From the NCBI GenBank assembly GCA_051294375.1, contig CM119271.1, positions 14,142,770 to 14,206,769 of the forward strand: a stretch of 64,000 nucleotides of DNA, read 5' to 3'. Position numbers and translations under genes: made by a program. This document shows positions 1 through 18,479 of the stretch, piece after piece (positions within the stretch are counted from its first letter, which is position 1; every line of letters starts with the position of its first letter). The DNA is from Paraspadella gotoi. Taxonomy: Eukaryota > Animalia > Chaetognatha. Below the pieces are notes generated by a model. That model did not search any database. It saw only the letters and a list, made by a program, of their open reading frames with translations, and was not told the DNA's origin.

Positions 1-662
1 AAGAGAAGGATTTGACTTGAACTGAAGAAACCAACCACTGACGGTAGGATAAGCAAACCCCGTCGTCGCCTCTTCAGCAACGAAACCCCTCCACCGCACC
101 TCTCCGCTTTTCCCGCCACGTCGCCTTCTGCCAACAACGAGAATCTGACTTGGACGGCGTCGGTGTCCGCGTGAAAAAGCAGAGTGACGGTGCCGCAGGG
201 AATGACGCCATCTTCGGCACCGTTCTCGTTTATGGCGGCGCCAAAGTCTGATCGCAGGCGAAGTTGAAGGGAATTGGCGCCTCGCCGCCAAACGACCCAC
301 TCCGGGGCGAGGAGAGGAATCTCCGCGCAGACGACGTCCTGTTACGAAGTTACAGATCAATTCTTTTTTTTTGTTTTTCGCCGCATTATTACTTTCGCAT
401 CCACCCTCGCCTGGTAATGATGCACGGCGTCGTTGAGTTCCGCTCCGGCGACGGCGCCGTCGACGCAGTCTCGCTCTCGCGACGCGGCCGTCTCCGACCT
501 CAATTTGATCACAGTCGTCGCCAGGGAGTTAAGCTTCTCCAAAATGTCGAGGACGGCGCCGAGCGAACTCGATTCGGCCGACGAGAGAGTGTTGGCGAGA
601 AGTTTGAAGTCGCGCCGAAGACTCCCCACGCGGCAGAGGAGGCCGGAAAGGAGGGTCTCCAT
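1..662 (-). CDS. Unidentified spliced gene (helical N-terminal exon), runs off the left edge
   Basis: ATG at ~662 opens METLLSGLLCRVGSLRRDFK. There is a GT donor after ...RVDAK and an acceptor (gtaacag) near 340, then GC-rich open sequence to position 1. No recognised motif. Confidence 0.45.
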
Positions 663-1936
663 CGACTCCACGACGGGGATTTAGTTTCGAGACAAAACAA
701 TTACTAACGAGAAAGAAATCAACTGGAGAAAGTCATTTCCACTCTATTTATTCAGTATGAAAAATATTTTTTTCTCTTTCCTGAAGATATAAAAATAGAA
801 GAAAAATCATAAATTCTAAAAATCAGGAATTTACCTCCACATTTTAATTTCCATTTTATAATAAATACCAAGTCTGTAGAAAACTCTACATACAAGAAAT
901 AATAATCAGAATACGACAATATGCAAATGAGATTGAGGAACTCAATCTCATTTCAGACAATTCACAAATTAATCTGCTACACAATAATAACCGGAATTAA
1001 ACATTTTTGTACATTGGAAGTAAATCGTTTCCTATCGCGCGAGAAATAAAATATACCCGTGCAATACAAGAGCGCGATCGAGATTTGGCAGACTCGCAAA
1101 ACCCGTCGCATTAAAAGTAAAAGGATGCTCTCTTCGCCTTTCAGATTCACCGTTTCACACTTGCAACCGTAATTCTGTTTCTACTTCTGAGATAAATAAC
1201 TCGGTCATGGATCACACGACATGCTGTTCTAACAATGTTGTAAAGTATAAACGACGTTTTACCTAAAATACAAAATTACTAACTGAAATTCGCTTTATTC
1301 TTCAGAACAGCGGTCAAATTCAACTGCAATGGCCCGTTTCACTTTAACTGGTTCACAGGTTTTCTCTGTTCTTTTTCTCAATTTTTTCCTCTATGCTTAA
1401 TAGAACGTTTTTCAGGCGGTATATCAACCATTTAGGTTCTTTAATCACTAATCTAAAGTTTTAAATTAATATTTTTCCCTAATGTTTTACCAAATCCTTA
1501 ACCCAATCCCTAACCTGAATCTTATCTCTTAACTCTAATCCCATACCCTATCTGCTAAACATAAAACCCTCAATTCCAAATCGAATATAATCCTAAACCC
1601 CTAACCTAATCTTTAAAAGTAAAAATCATTCTAAATACAAATGAAGCCCTTTTGTTTTGGAAAAAGAACTAAAATATATTCAAAATAAAATTTTATTTTA
1701 TATGACGAGAAATTAGAATAAGATAAATTAACGATTTAGAAATGAAAAAGTAATTAATAATAAATTCTTTCTTTGATACTGCTTCTGCTGCCAAATAGTT
1801 ACTGCGGCAAAAAAAGTAGCTACTTTTACTTAAAACGAGAAAAAACTAGTACGTATTGGAAGTATAAATTTTAAAGAAATATGTAGCGGGCATAACACAG
1901 GTTCACCCTGCATATTAACATCGTTCCTGAAATTGT

Positions 1937-2110
1937 GACTCGGTGGCTCATAGAGTAAAGCCATCAGCTCATGATTACTGGTTCAATGCAATCCAATCGA
2001 AAACCTCAAAGCTAGGATCCAAGCCTAAGCCCCGTTCCATGGATGCTGGAGGAGGTTAATCACCCAACTTGGCGGGGAATCCAGCGGATTCAATTCAATT
2101 CAATTCAATT
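1937..2110 (+). mobile_element. Putative tRNA-derived SINE
   Basis: A-box-like GGTGGCTCATAGAG, then B-box-like GGTTCAAT, ending in an (ATTCA)n tail that abuts the RT fragment. Confidence 0.45.
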
Positions 2111-2686
2111 CCGACCTGTAAGCCTTCTTAGTTGTGTCGGAAAAGTTTATGAGCGGTTAATAAGATTTTCCCTATTAAGCTTTATGAACGTTAAAAAAAT
2201 CACAAATCCTATACAAGGGCCGTTGTACTCAAGAACATTTATTAAGGTTATCATAGGATGTTATGCGTGGATTTAAGAATAATAAAATTACAGTCACAAT
2301 TTTCCATGATATCAAGGACGCGTTCAACAGAGTCAGCGGTTTGATTGTTAAAATGATAAATATGGGCTACCTGAGAAAATTATCCGGGTCATTGACTCGT
2401 ACCTAAACAATCGATATGTTACGATAAGAGTCGGAACGGCATCATCAAGAAAGATAATTATGGAATGTGGTTGTCCACAGGAAGGAATTTTATCACCGGA
2501 TATTTTTGCAATTTATGTTTTTAGTATAACAGGAGTGCCGTGTAATTAAATTAAATTAAAGTCGACTTATAGTCACCATTGTGCATTGTCCAATTAACTG
2601 TTTTCTAAATTACATTGTGTAAAATCACTGTGGCCCATGGTCTTCGGACCCGCTGTATGAATAAATACAAATACACAAATACAAAA
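2109..2686 (+). pseudogene. Degenerate non-LTR retrotransposon (LINE) reverse transcriptase fragment and 3' end
   Basis: FRPVSLLSCVGKVYERLI, DIKDAFNRV, DSYLNNR and GCPQEGILSP match successive LINE RT motifs but are broken by stops/frameshifts. Ends in AATAAA plus a (TACAAA)-like tail. Confidence 0.85.
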
Positions 2687-2959
2687 TGCGGCGCAACACA
2701 TTGGATGAACCGATCTTGTTTAACGTCGCAATACTTTAATGACGGAATCAATTTAAATTTTCAACTCCAATTAATAGCTTTATAAAAAACTATTGTGGTA
2801 TGAGATAAAAAGTAGCTACTTTTTCTTGCGCCGCAGTGTACTTTCATCTTTTGTCTTTAGTCATCTTTAACTTTTGTCACTGATTTTATCCTTATCTTTT
2901 GGCTCGAATCTTTTTCTGCCTCTGTAAAATGGGAAAAAAAATTGACTTGATATTCTTGA

Positions 2960-3345
2960 TAATAAATAATTTTTTAATACAATCATATGCAAAAAAATTA
3001 CGCTATTATATCAGATTTTAAAAATGACATTATTCATTTAAAATTATTAAAAAATAAAATGAATGATTTTAATTTTTTAAAATAAAATTCAATTTTTTTT
3101 TATTTTGGAATACTCGAGTTTAAAAAAATTATTTTTTAAACCACTTAACCGATTGTAATAAAATTTATACACATTAAAGGGCAAGGGTCATGAGGGTTTA
3201 AGGGGTTTTTTAAAAGTAGTTTTTCTAAAGATGCCAAAACCCTAAACGGTAAAAATAAAATTTAATTATTTTATATTTTTTGGAATTTAAAGTTATAAAA
3301 TGTCGCATTTTTGTTGCACATGAGTGTATTTCTAAATAACTTAGT
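2960..3345. repeat. AT-rich imperfect inverted repeat (MITE-like)
   Basis: AATACAATCATATGCAAAAAAA near 2976 is mirrored by TTTTTGTTGCACATGAGTGTATT near 3310-3330. Confidence 0.4.
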
Positions 3346-3784
3346 AAAAAATACTAAAAAATGTTTTAAAAAATAATTTTTCAGTTTTTTCAACGTTTCT
3401 TGAATAAAACAAAAAACATAACTTGAAGGTTAAATAAACATAAATTCAAGCGCTTTTATATATATTATATATTGTGCAAATATTTTTAAAAATGTAACCA
3501 AATATCATTAGCCCAGTATGCCTTGGAAATTCATTGATACTTCGACCTTGTAGCTAGTTTACTGACCTCGTGATATATCTCCACTTCTATCTTTATTTAT
3601 ATTTTTTTTTTTTTAGAAAAAAAATTTATTCTTCAAATCAAAATGCTATTATTAAATTTAAATAAGCGTTTAATATAAACGATAATGTGTAAAAGAGAAA
3701 AGAAAGGTCGAAAGAACAAAAAAAAAGCGATTGACCATTGAAGTAAACAAAAAAGCTTTCATTTAGCTCTAAAGGCAAAATGCG

Positions 3785-4913
3785 CTACAAAAAGCTTCTT
3801 GTTCTTCCCTTCCACCCTCTTCCCTTTCCCGATCGGCGCATCTTTGACTGACATCCCCCCCAGTCGTAATCTTCGTCGTCCAGATAAAACTTCATTTCGG
3901 AGACGTCGGCGTAAACCTGACACAATAACACAATATCAAAACTGGAAAAGTCTTTGAAAAATTAACAATGAATGTAATCGATTCAGTTGCCCAAGGTGTA
4001 TCCCTCTGACCTGATGGGGATCGCGATTCAATTCTTCCAGCCAGTCGCTCGGAAGGCCGCAAACGTCCGCGACCTCGTCGGGGAATTTAAAAGCAGGAAC
4101 TGTTCGATCGTTTACCGAAGGACCTGCGTCGGCGGCGGTTGAATTAAAGATGGCGGCGGGAGAAGTGGAAGTAAAGGTGGCAGCGTCGGACCCGGTTGGA
4201 GCAGTTGATGGGGGAACTGGTTCTAAAGTAAAAGCAGGAAGCTTCATCGAGGCCTTGCTTATCTTCTGTTGGGAAGCTGCACAAGATATAATCTTTGTTG
4301 AAGGTTTAGATTGAGGCGTCCGTGGAGTCGCTTTTTCATCTGAAGTGTATACGACCGAGCGGGGAACGAGCCCCTTTGAATCGATGCCCATAAAGTTTTC
4401 GAAAGAGAGAACATCGGATTCCTGAGACTGTCTCATCGAGGACGACGCAATTGTCGAGCCGAAGACTTTCCCGCCAAAAAGCTGTTTGACGTTGTTCGAC
4501 GCCGCCGAGTTAATTTTATCTTGGTAGTAGTACTTGGCACCGATCGAGGACGAGGACGCCGCTCTATCGGCGCCGGTGGTGGACGGAGCCGCGACATGAA
4601 CGCCGCGGACGAGCCGATTGCCCTCTCCCACTTGATTGCAGCCGCTGCTCCCGACGCTGGCCGAATCCGCTCTGTCGATGGAAGGATCTGTGCTGTAGAT
4701 GGCGGAGTCGACACTCTCGACGCGAAGATGGAGACTCTCGCTAGTCGGGTCGACACCGTCGTCGCGTTCATCGTCGTCGAAACCGAAATCCTCGTGGATG
4801 CGAAAAGAACTCGAGGCGAATGGAATGTGTTGGCGATTCCGAATGGAAAGACGATTTTCGGTCGACGACGAACGCTGATCATCGAATCCGTCGAACAAAG
4901 ACCACGAGGATGA

Positions 4914-4946
<33 letters not shown>

Positions 4947-5366
4947 AATTGGGCGAATAGCTTCGATTGGATTAATCGGTATCGACGACGAACATTTGTT
5001 TCGGGTGGACGAAGCGGTTGACGACTCTGTGGGCAATTGTACGTCATCGGAAGATGCCAAGGAAAGAGTTTTAACCGGCGCCGCATGGACCGATTCCATC
5101 GAGGGAGATTCCAACGATGCCGAATCTACCGGCGCGTAATCGAATGGCGCCTCTTTGGTCGCGCATCGGACGGCGTCGAGAAGATCTTTATAATCTTTGG
5201 GATTTCGTTTCATTCGATCGAAGAAAAGACGCGCCGCTTCGTGTTCGCGAAACGGCGTCACCACTGGAGGGCGGTAGGCGGAAAACGGCGCCCGTCGAGC
5301 CGATGAGAACGATGGAGCCGAAGCATCGGCAGCTGCGTCGCCGCGGGCGGCGGCGGCGTCTGACAT
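3785..5366 (-). CDS. Uncharacterised Ser-rich, largely disordered protein (2 exons)
   Basis: 476-aa ORF. Donor CAG|gtcaga near 4010 and acceptor tcag|GTT near 3917 give ...LNRDPHQ|VYADVSEMKFYLDDEDYDWGG..., stop at 3785. Confidence 0.65.
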
Positions 5367-6091
5367 GGTGATTTCTTTGATTTTTCTCTTAATAATAATA
5401 TCTTTACAATTTTTAAGTTGAAAAATGCCTACAAAAAAGTTTTACACATATTAAAATTATAAACCGTTTTAAAATAAAAAAAATAAAATTTGATTTCTCG
5501 AGTGAGTTTGAAAATTAACAAGATACTAGTATCTAGTACTAGCATCTAGTATACAAATAATTTCGTTAGTACTTATATATTATAAACCATACCTCAGAAT
5601 GGCGATACCAAAACTCGGGGTTAAGCTCCAAGCAAACAGAAGTTAAGTTAGTATAGGAATTTATGAATAATCTCACAAGCAAAACCAAAAAGATGGTTAT
5701 GCAATTGTTCATTTTTAAATCAATTTTTCTTGAAATCCTGAAATGGTTTCTTCTCTAACATGGTCAATTTAATCATTGATCATTATAACTTTTCAGACGG
5801 ACTTTTTCATCTATAGACACCTTACACAATATCTTAAAATTGAAAAATGCCATGGAAAGTTAATAAATAAATCTAAATTATATAAATTTACAAAGTTCCT
5901 CTTAGAATTTTCACGGATCTCTCTTTTAATTCAACTTTTTTGGGTAACTTTACTATTCGACGACCGCAAGTAACCTGAGCTTCTGCCGGTCGGTGGTTTG
6001 TTAATATATTTAATTTTATTTTCCCTCTATCGTCAAAGTCTTAGTTTGCGCAATAATACACTTTTTTTGCGCAATAATAAAAAAAATTTGG

Positions 6092-6230
6092 GATATGTTT
6101 TGGGTTCAATGTAAGCTTTCATCAGTGCAAAAACGAATTGACTTATGAACAAATATTTTTTACATTCTCTCTCTCTTAAAACTCTTTTACACTGATGAAG
6201 GCTTACATTAAAGCCGAAACATGTCTAAAA
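6092..6230. ncRNA. Inverted pair of minimal hammerhead-ribozyme-like motifs (Penelope-like LTR type)
   Basis: + strand 6185-6230: ttttaca-CTGATGA-aGGCTT-acatta-AAGCC-GAAA-catGTC-taaaa. Degenerate inverted copy at 6092-6133. AATAAA follows at 6243. Confidence 0.6.
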
Positions 6231-7298
6231 TTTCTGTTTCTTAATAAAACTCGTTTTATGTAAATAATTTATTTTCTACCACAAATAACGTAACAAAATA
6301 AAAACATTTTTATGTTATATTTTTTAAACGGTTAGCTATTAGGTTAAAGGTGGTTAGGGATGATAAGGGTTAGGAGATGTTAAGGATTAAAATTTGTTAT
6401 AAAATGTTTTTCTACCTTTACTAGTATCTTTTTTTTTATTTTGGCGTATATTTCTATAAGTCGCTCAAAAGAAGCGAAAAACAAATTACCAACCACAAAA
6501 TCCCGGCCGGCGAATGTACCTTTCAATATCGTAGGATAAATTTTAAAAAACTACAACAGGTTTAAATTTTTTTATTCTGTAATGTCCGCTATTTTGGAAA
6601 TAACTTCAAATTTGGTTAATCTGACCTTTCAATCCGTACTCAAAATATCATTAAATACCCAAAATTATAATTTTTTTCCAAATTTTGAAAAGACGGATAA
6701 AATTTTTTTTTAATAAATCATACTCGCACAGCAAAATCGGCAAAAAAATAACTTAATATTTTTGGCACTTGGAAGAGTAAAAGAATAAAAAAGGCACATC
6801 GGAAAAGGAAAACATGGCAAGAAATAAATATAACTCAAAACGCAAAACTAAAGGTTCCACTACGGCGATAATATATGGCATAACGATATATACCCTCAAT
6901 GATATTAAAACCTGCATAATAATTTAATATTAGTAGTGGCAACAGAGTTAAAGAGCTCCAAACAATAGACATTAATACAAAGACATATCGTAAAAAATCC
7001 CGCCCTTGCCAAAATATTGATTTCTAAAAACTGAATAATGGAAACGATAAAAGATGTACTACATTTTCTATGACGTACAGTAAGTTATGCTTTATACTGT
7101 ACAACAACGCATCGAGGAAAAGGCCCGGGTGGCGGTATAAAGAGGCAATCAAAAAAAGCCAGCTCGAAAGTAAAAGAACCAAGCGAACCATCAAATAGAA
7201 GATTCAACAAGAAAATATGCAAGATAATTTTATATTTATGTTCCCTGATGTCAGTGACGATCCCATCTCCCCCACCTTCAGTCGACCAAAGAAAGAAT

Positions 7299-13373
<6,075 letters not shown>

Positions 13374-13857
13374 TTTGTGTCGGGGGTGGTTTTTTTTTTC
13401 AGGTTTTAAAAATATAAATTTTTAAAAGAAACGCCTTTCATCTTTTTTTTTTTTTTGACGCGCGATGTAGTGACATCAAATAATTATATTTTATTGGGGG
13501 GGGGGCGGAGGGAGGGGCTAGTTAATCTCTGACCTCTCGTTTTTTTCCGAGTTTCAAATGACAAGACTGTATAAAAAAAAAGAATTAAACGAGAATCATT
13601 AATTTTGATTATGTAAAAAGAATTTCATCGTCTGAGTTAACAAAAAAAAAAAAAGAAATAACAAATAAATACATACGCAAACAATGCTCGAGACAACTAG
13701 CTATTCCTACTATAGCAATGTAGTGAAATTTAAAAAAAAAATGGAAATGAAAGGTTTTAACGAAAATGAAGCGGCCTCCATTTTTTTATTTTGGTTCAGC
13801 GTCGCGCCGGTCTCAGATCTCCTTTTCCTCACCCACCCCCCCGTCCCCCTCTTTTTG

Positions 13858-16800
13858 TCAATCCAACGTCGGTTCCATCATCGGCGCGGCGGAAATGGGC
13901 GTGGCCTGAGAGGAGAGAGATCCCAATAACGATTGGACGAGATGCGTGAGGGAGGCGTCGTCGGAGTCGTTGGCCGAGGCGGGCGCCAGGCGAGAGTGGA
14001 TGGAGTTGAGGAGACGACGGCAGACGAACAGCCTGGTTGGGTGTGGAAGGGATGGGGGATGGAAGGGTGGGGGGAGAGACAAAGGTACAATCAGTTTTTC
14101 AAAGTATTGAACTAAAAAAAATATATAATATATAATTATATATATATATGAAATAACGGAAGAAGTGAAAGAAAATAAATCGAGTGATAAATATGTTGTT
14201 TTTTTCCCCCCATTTCTCCGATCTCGAATACATCTTTTTCACCCACATGGTGACAATTTTACAAGCGGTATCATGAAAAAGCCTGAGAAAAAAAGATTTA
14301 AGATAGCCAATCACAATTTGATAAAAATCATAAATTTACTCTCCACTCTCCAGCTATTGATTTTTAAAAAGATGTCTCGTTTTTGAATATCCTAATTAAA
14401 TTAAAGCTGGGCCAGTTAAATTTTATACTACAGAATTTCTAAGTATATCAATGTCTTCATATTTTTAAGGGCTTTTTGAGGATATTAATATTGTTAATAT
14501 TTTAATAAATACTTTGTTTAAAAAAGTGCTAAAAGTTCCCAAAAAAATTGAATTTAAAAAAAGTGAGTTGGAAAATGAAACCCGATTTGAAAAGCCAACT
14601 TTCTCCACTCATTGTCAAGGTATATCTTAACTGATCAATATAAAATTTTAACACATAGATAGTTTTAATATTTTCTACTCAACTAAATTTTAAAATCAAT
14701 GATATAACCACTGGTTTGCAAATGACAGCGTATTTCTACCGGCGCTTGTAAAATTGTCACCATGTATTGTACTAATTTTTAATTAGTATAAAGAATACTC
14801 TTTCTTTTTGGACCTCAAAATAAAAATATCTCTAGCGAGCCTCACCTCCATCATTACTACATGTTTTATCAAAATATTATTGAACTGACCAGAAAGTAAA
14901 ACCGACGGCGCCGTCGATTCCCGTGGGAAATGAGATGAGCCAATTGACTTCGCCAAACCTGGAGGCGAAATAAAGCATAAAACGATCGATGGTAGAATTA
15001 TAGTAATATCGGTAATCAATTAAAGTTAACGGGAGAAGAATCGAATTTGATTTCCTAACTACCAACACTATTCCAACCCTATCTTATTCATCGTACTTCT
15101 AACCTGCCTTAACTAGAAATCAATTTGCTCGAGAGCATAATACCAGAAATCGGTAGTTAAAAGACGGATGAGAAATTTAAGAGGGTGAAGATAAAAGAAT
15201 CTTAAAAATCTCAATTTGGTCTCAAATTAATCTATTTGCAGAGTCTGATTTTAAAAAGACTAACTTAATTCTATCTCAAAACTAATTCTCGAAAAAGAAA
15301 AAAAAAGAAAAGCAACAAGCATTTAAAAAAAAAAAATTCCTCACGGAAATCCAACGTAACTAATTCTTTTAATATAATTTTAAGCCGCCGCCGGGGCCGC
15401 GAACGATAGACGTTGACGGAAACGTTGACGATGAGAGAAGACGACGAAAACGACGAAAACGACGAAGCGGGTCCAAATCCCACGATGACGACGACAGTCA
15501 GGTTTTTTTTTCCCGTCGTCGTCATCGAAAGTTTCGATGGCGACGACGAAAAGCGAAGGGAGAAACAATGGATCGGAGAGACGGGAGAGACGGGAGACCC
15601 GGACGGATCGAGAGGTCTTCCATGAGTCGAACGATATTGACGAGGATTGACTCCTCTTCCCGTTCCCTCCCTCTTCCTCTCTCTCGTCTCCGGGAAATCG
15701 GAATCTCCATCGATGAATTTCACTTCTCGAATTTACTTCTCACTGCGAACATCGAATCTTTGACAATTTGATCCAAATCTTTATATTCCTGGATTCAAAT
15801 CATTCCGTCGATCAAAATACGAAAAAAAAACCATCACGTCTCTAAAAGCACTGATTTTAACCTTTAACACCATCACTTCACGAAAACTAGGTAAGTTTCT
15901 ATATATATTTCCATGCAATGATGTCGATGATGGTTTATGACGCCACGATGTTAATATATTGATTCCATGTAGATAATGTTATTTGATGTCATGATTGTAG
16001 CAGATGCCGTGATGATGGTGATTAACTGATATCATCATAATAATACCATTATTATAATGATTTTCATGAAAGGGATTTGGTAACAGTATGTACTTATAAA
16101 ACATTTTCTCTCCTTTCCAGCGATCATGGATACGCCAACTTCCAACCATCGCTCCGCCTCTGACCGCAAGCGTAAATTCAGCGCCGACTCCGATTCGGAG
16201 ATGCCAGCCCCCAAGGTCGGGCACAAGGGCGCGACTGATGAAGCGAAGGCGACGCCGCAGCCACCGGCGCCGGCGCCGGCGCCAGGCCACCCCTGGAATG
16301 ACCGCGTGGTAGGCGAGAGAGTCATCACCGAGCGCCTTCCCAGCATCCCCGACCTCCCCGCATCCGTCTTGGACGAGACATTGCAAAACGACGCCAACAT
16401 GGAAGAGGAGGAGCAGGAGCTTCAGAAGTACCTCGATGAGGACCAAGATTGGGTCAACATCCGCGCCATCTTTAGACTCGAACAAATTGGCGCCGACGAC
16501 ATAAATTTCGACATTCTTGGCAGCGCCATCGACGAAGTCGCCCACGTGAAGTCGGAATCGTCTTTCCAATCCGGCACCGACGTCATTTCCGGCGCCGACG
16601 TCGATTCCGATCTGTCCCTCACGCCATCTACCGAGGTTCCCTCCATCATCGGCTCGGACGTCGACATCGCGTCCCTCTTCGATTCGGCCAATACCATCGA
16701 TCAAGTTGACGAATCTGCCAACGGTGCTGCTGCCAACGCAGCTACCGACGCTGCTGCCAACGCTGCAGATAACCCTGCTGCCGGTGTTGTTGCAGACGCT

Positions 16801-18479
16801 AATGAATTCGCTGCCTGCTCTTCCTCCGAGTACGAGGATCTCGTTATCGACTTGGACTACAAATCCAGCGAGGACGAAACTTTGAGTACAGATTCTTTGA
16901 GTACTTTGAGTACTGATTCTTGCAGCGCCAAGGAATCCATTGAAAGGGATTCTTGCCAAGACGTATCTTTTGGCTACAAATGGATCAACGCCCCACCGCG
17001 ACCCCGACTTTGGGTTCCCTATCAACACGAGCCAATCAACGACGACGAAGACCTCGTCGATGACGGCGTCGCTGTCGATCAAGCGGAAGACGTTCCTTCG
17101 CCCGCCAGATTCGTCAGCGTCGCCCCCGGAGAATCCGCGGAGACGGCGGAGGACGAAGCCGGACGCCAGGTCATCCCGGCGTCCGGCGTCGCTCAAGATA
17201 AGAACAAAAACTACGACGCCGATGAAGGGGACGATGCCGACTCCGATGAAGAGGACGATGCCGACTCCGATGAAGAGGACGAAGCCGACTCCGATNNNNN
17301 NNNNNAAGCCGACTCCGATGAAGAGGACGAAGCCGACTCCGACGACGAAACCAACCTAGACGATTCCAACGTCGAGCCCCTCACAACCGAAAACCTCGAG
17401 CTCTTCCAAGCCCAACGCGTCAATAGGGTGGGAGGCTTCTGGTACTTCAGGATCAAAGAATGGATCAAGAGCATCCCCGAAACCTCCTTGGTTAAGCGGC
17501 GCCTAGCGACGGGCGAGATGCTCGAGGAGAATCTCCTCCAACCCTTGGAGGACGACCAATGGGACATTGAAACCGTCGAAGGAATTGAAGACTTCAACGA
17601 GAAGGATGAGTAAAAAGGGTGTTGGACAAAAAAAAGGGGGACTAAAGGTCAGAAGAAGCTCATCGTTACGGGAGCTTCTTCAGCCTTCGTCCGATCCGCC
17701 CACCCCCCCTTTCTCTCTCCCCCCCCCGAAAAAAAAACTTCGTGGTTCTTCGTGAGTTTTGCGAAATTCGTTGTTTCGCATCCGGGCGGCCGTGGAACAA
17801 AAAAAAAAAAATAAATTGCCCGCGACCGGGCACGATCGCGCGACCTCGTAAAGCAACTCGGCGTCGGATCCCTTACCCCGACCCAGAAACTCACCAACTG
17901 GAGGGAAGGACCATCAGCGGCGTCGATTTGTGATAGACGATGGTGACTAGAAGGCAGACGACGAGGAAGAAGTAGGCGGGCGTCTGCACGCTTGCCTTCA
18001 ACCTAAGAAAAAGTGAATCAGTAGTATCAAATGTAAATGTGTACTTCAAAGCAAAAGGGCGGACTTTTTCAAAAAACTCACTTGGCGGCGGCGAGGGCGG
18101 CGTCCTTGGTCTCGGCGCCCAACTCGTCCCTGACGGCGTTGATTCTCCTCTGCAACTTGGCGTGGCGCGCGAACTCCTCCGTCATCGAGATGCTCGCCAA
18201 CTCGCGCTCCAGATCGCGGAGCTCCTCCTGGCGCGGCGAGGCGGCGGCGAGGAGGCGGGCCAGGCGGCGTTCCTGCGGCGGAGAAGAGTGAGACAGTGAC
18301 GGAAGTTGAATGGAAGATGAAGATTAAAAAAACTTCGATCGAAGATACGAAACCTTGATGAAGTTGGTGACTCTGGGCAATAAGAGGAAGAGGAGGTGAA
18401 ATCCTGGCGCCAAGAGAATCCCCGTCCAGCAGACGTGGAGCGGATCGGCGCCGGACGCGTATCGAGATTCTTCCGTCAT
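13858..18479 (-). CDS. GET1: Guided entry of tail-anchored proteins factor 1 (WRB/CHD5 family), 5 exons
   Basis: Coiled coil ISMTEEFARHAKLQRRIN, TM segments and PSSW|FGEVNWLISFPTGIDGAVGFTFW|LFVCRRL, matching the WRB C-terminal motif. Exons 18479-18354, 18272-~18082, ~18002-17895, 14958-~14890 and ~14032-13858 join in frame. Confidence 0.88.
16126..17613 (+). CDS. Uncharacterised very acidic ~495-aa protein, single coding exon, nested antisense in GET1/WRB intron 3
   Basis: Long ORF with an acceptor (ttccag) just 5' of the ATG and a donor (gtaagt) at 15891, implying a non-coding first exon. Basic NLS-like RKRK. An assembly gap lies inside the ORF. Confidence 0.75.
   Translation: MDTPTSNHRSASDRKRKFSADSDSEMPAPKVGHKGATDEAKATPQPPAPAPAPGHPWNDRVVGERVITERLPSIPDLPASVLDETLQNDANMEEEEQELQKYLDEDQDWVNIRAIFRLEQIGADDINFDILGSAIDEVAHVKSESSFQSGTDVISGADVDSDLSLTPSTEVPSIIGSDVDIASLFDSANTIDQVDESANGAAANAATDAAANAADNPAAGVVADANEFAACSSSEYEDLVIDLDYKSSEDETLSTDSLSTLSTDSCSAKESIERDSCQDVSFGYKWINAPPRPRLWVPYQHEPINDDEDLVDDGVAVDQAEDVPSPARFVSVAPGESAETAEDEAGRQVIPASGVAQDKNKNYDADEGDDADSDEEDDADSDEEDEADSDXXXXADSDEEDEADSDDETNLDDSNVEPLTTENLELFQAQRVNRVGGFWYFRIKEWIKSIPETSLVKRRLATGEMLEENLLQPLEDDQWDIETVEGIEDFNEKDE
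17218..17350 (+). repeat. 24-bp coding minisatellite (ADSDEEDE)n spanning an N gap
   Basis: Unit GCCGACTCCGATGAAGAGGACGA(A/T); Ns at 17296-17305. Confidence 0.9.

Larger units (their letters stand above)
1800..2839. mobile_element. TIR-bounded non-autonomous DNA element with nested retroelement fragments
   Basis: ACTGCGGC-AAAAAAAAGTAGCTACTTTT at 1801-1827 is the inverted counterpart of AAAAGTAGCTACTTTTTCTTGCGCCGCAGTG at ~2808-2838. Confidence 0.6.

Noticed and set aside
15271-15771. GC-rich patch with short ORFs on both strands
   Set aside because: No consistent splice model; may be the 5' region of the nested gene, but this cannot be supported.
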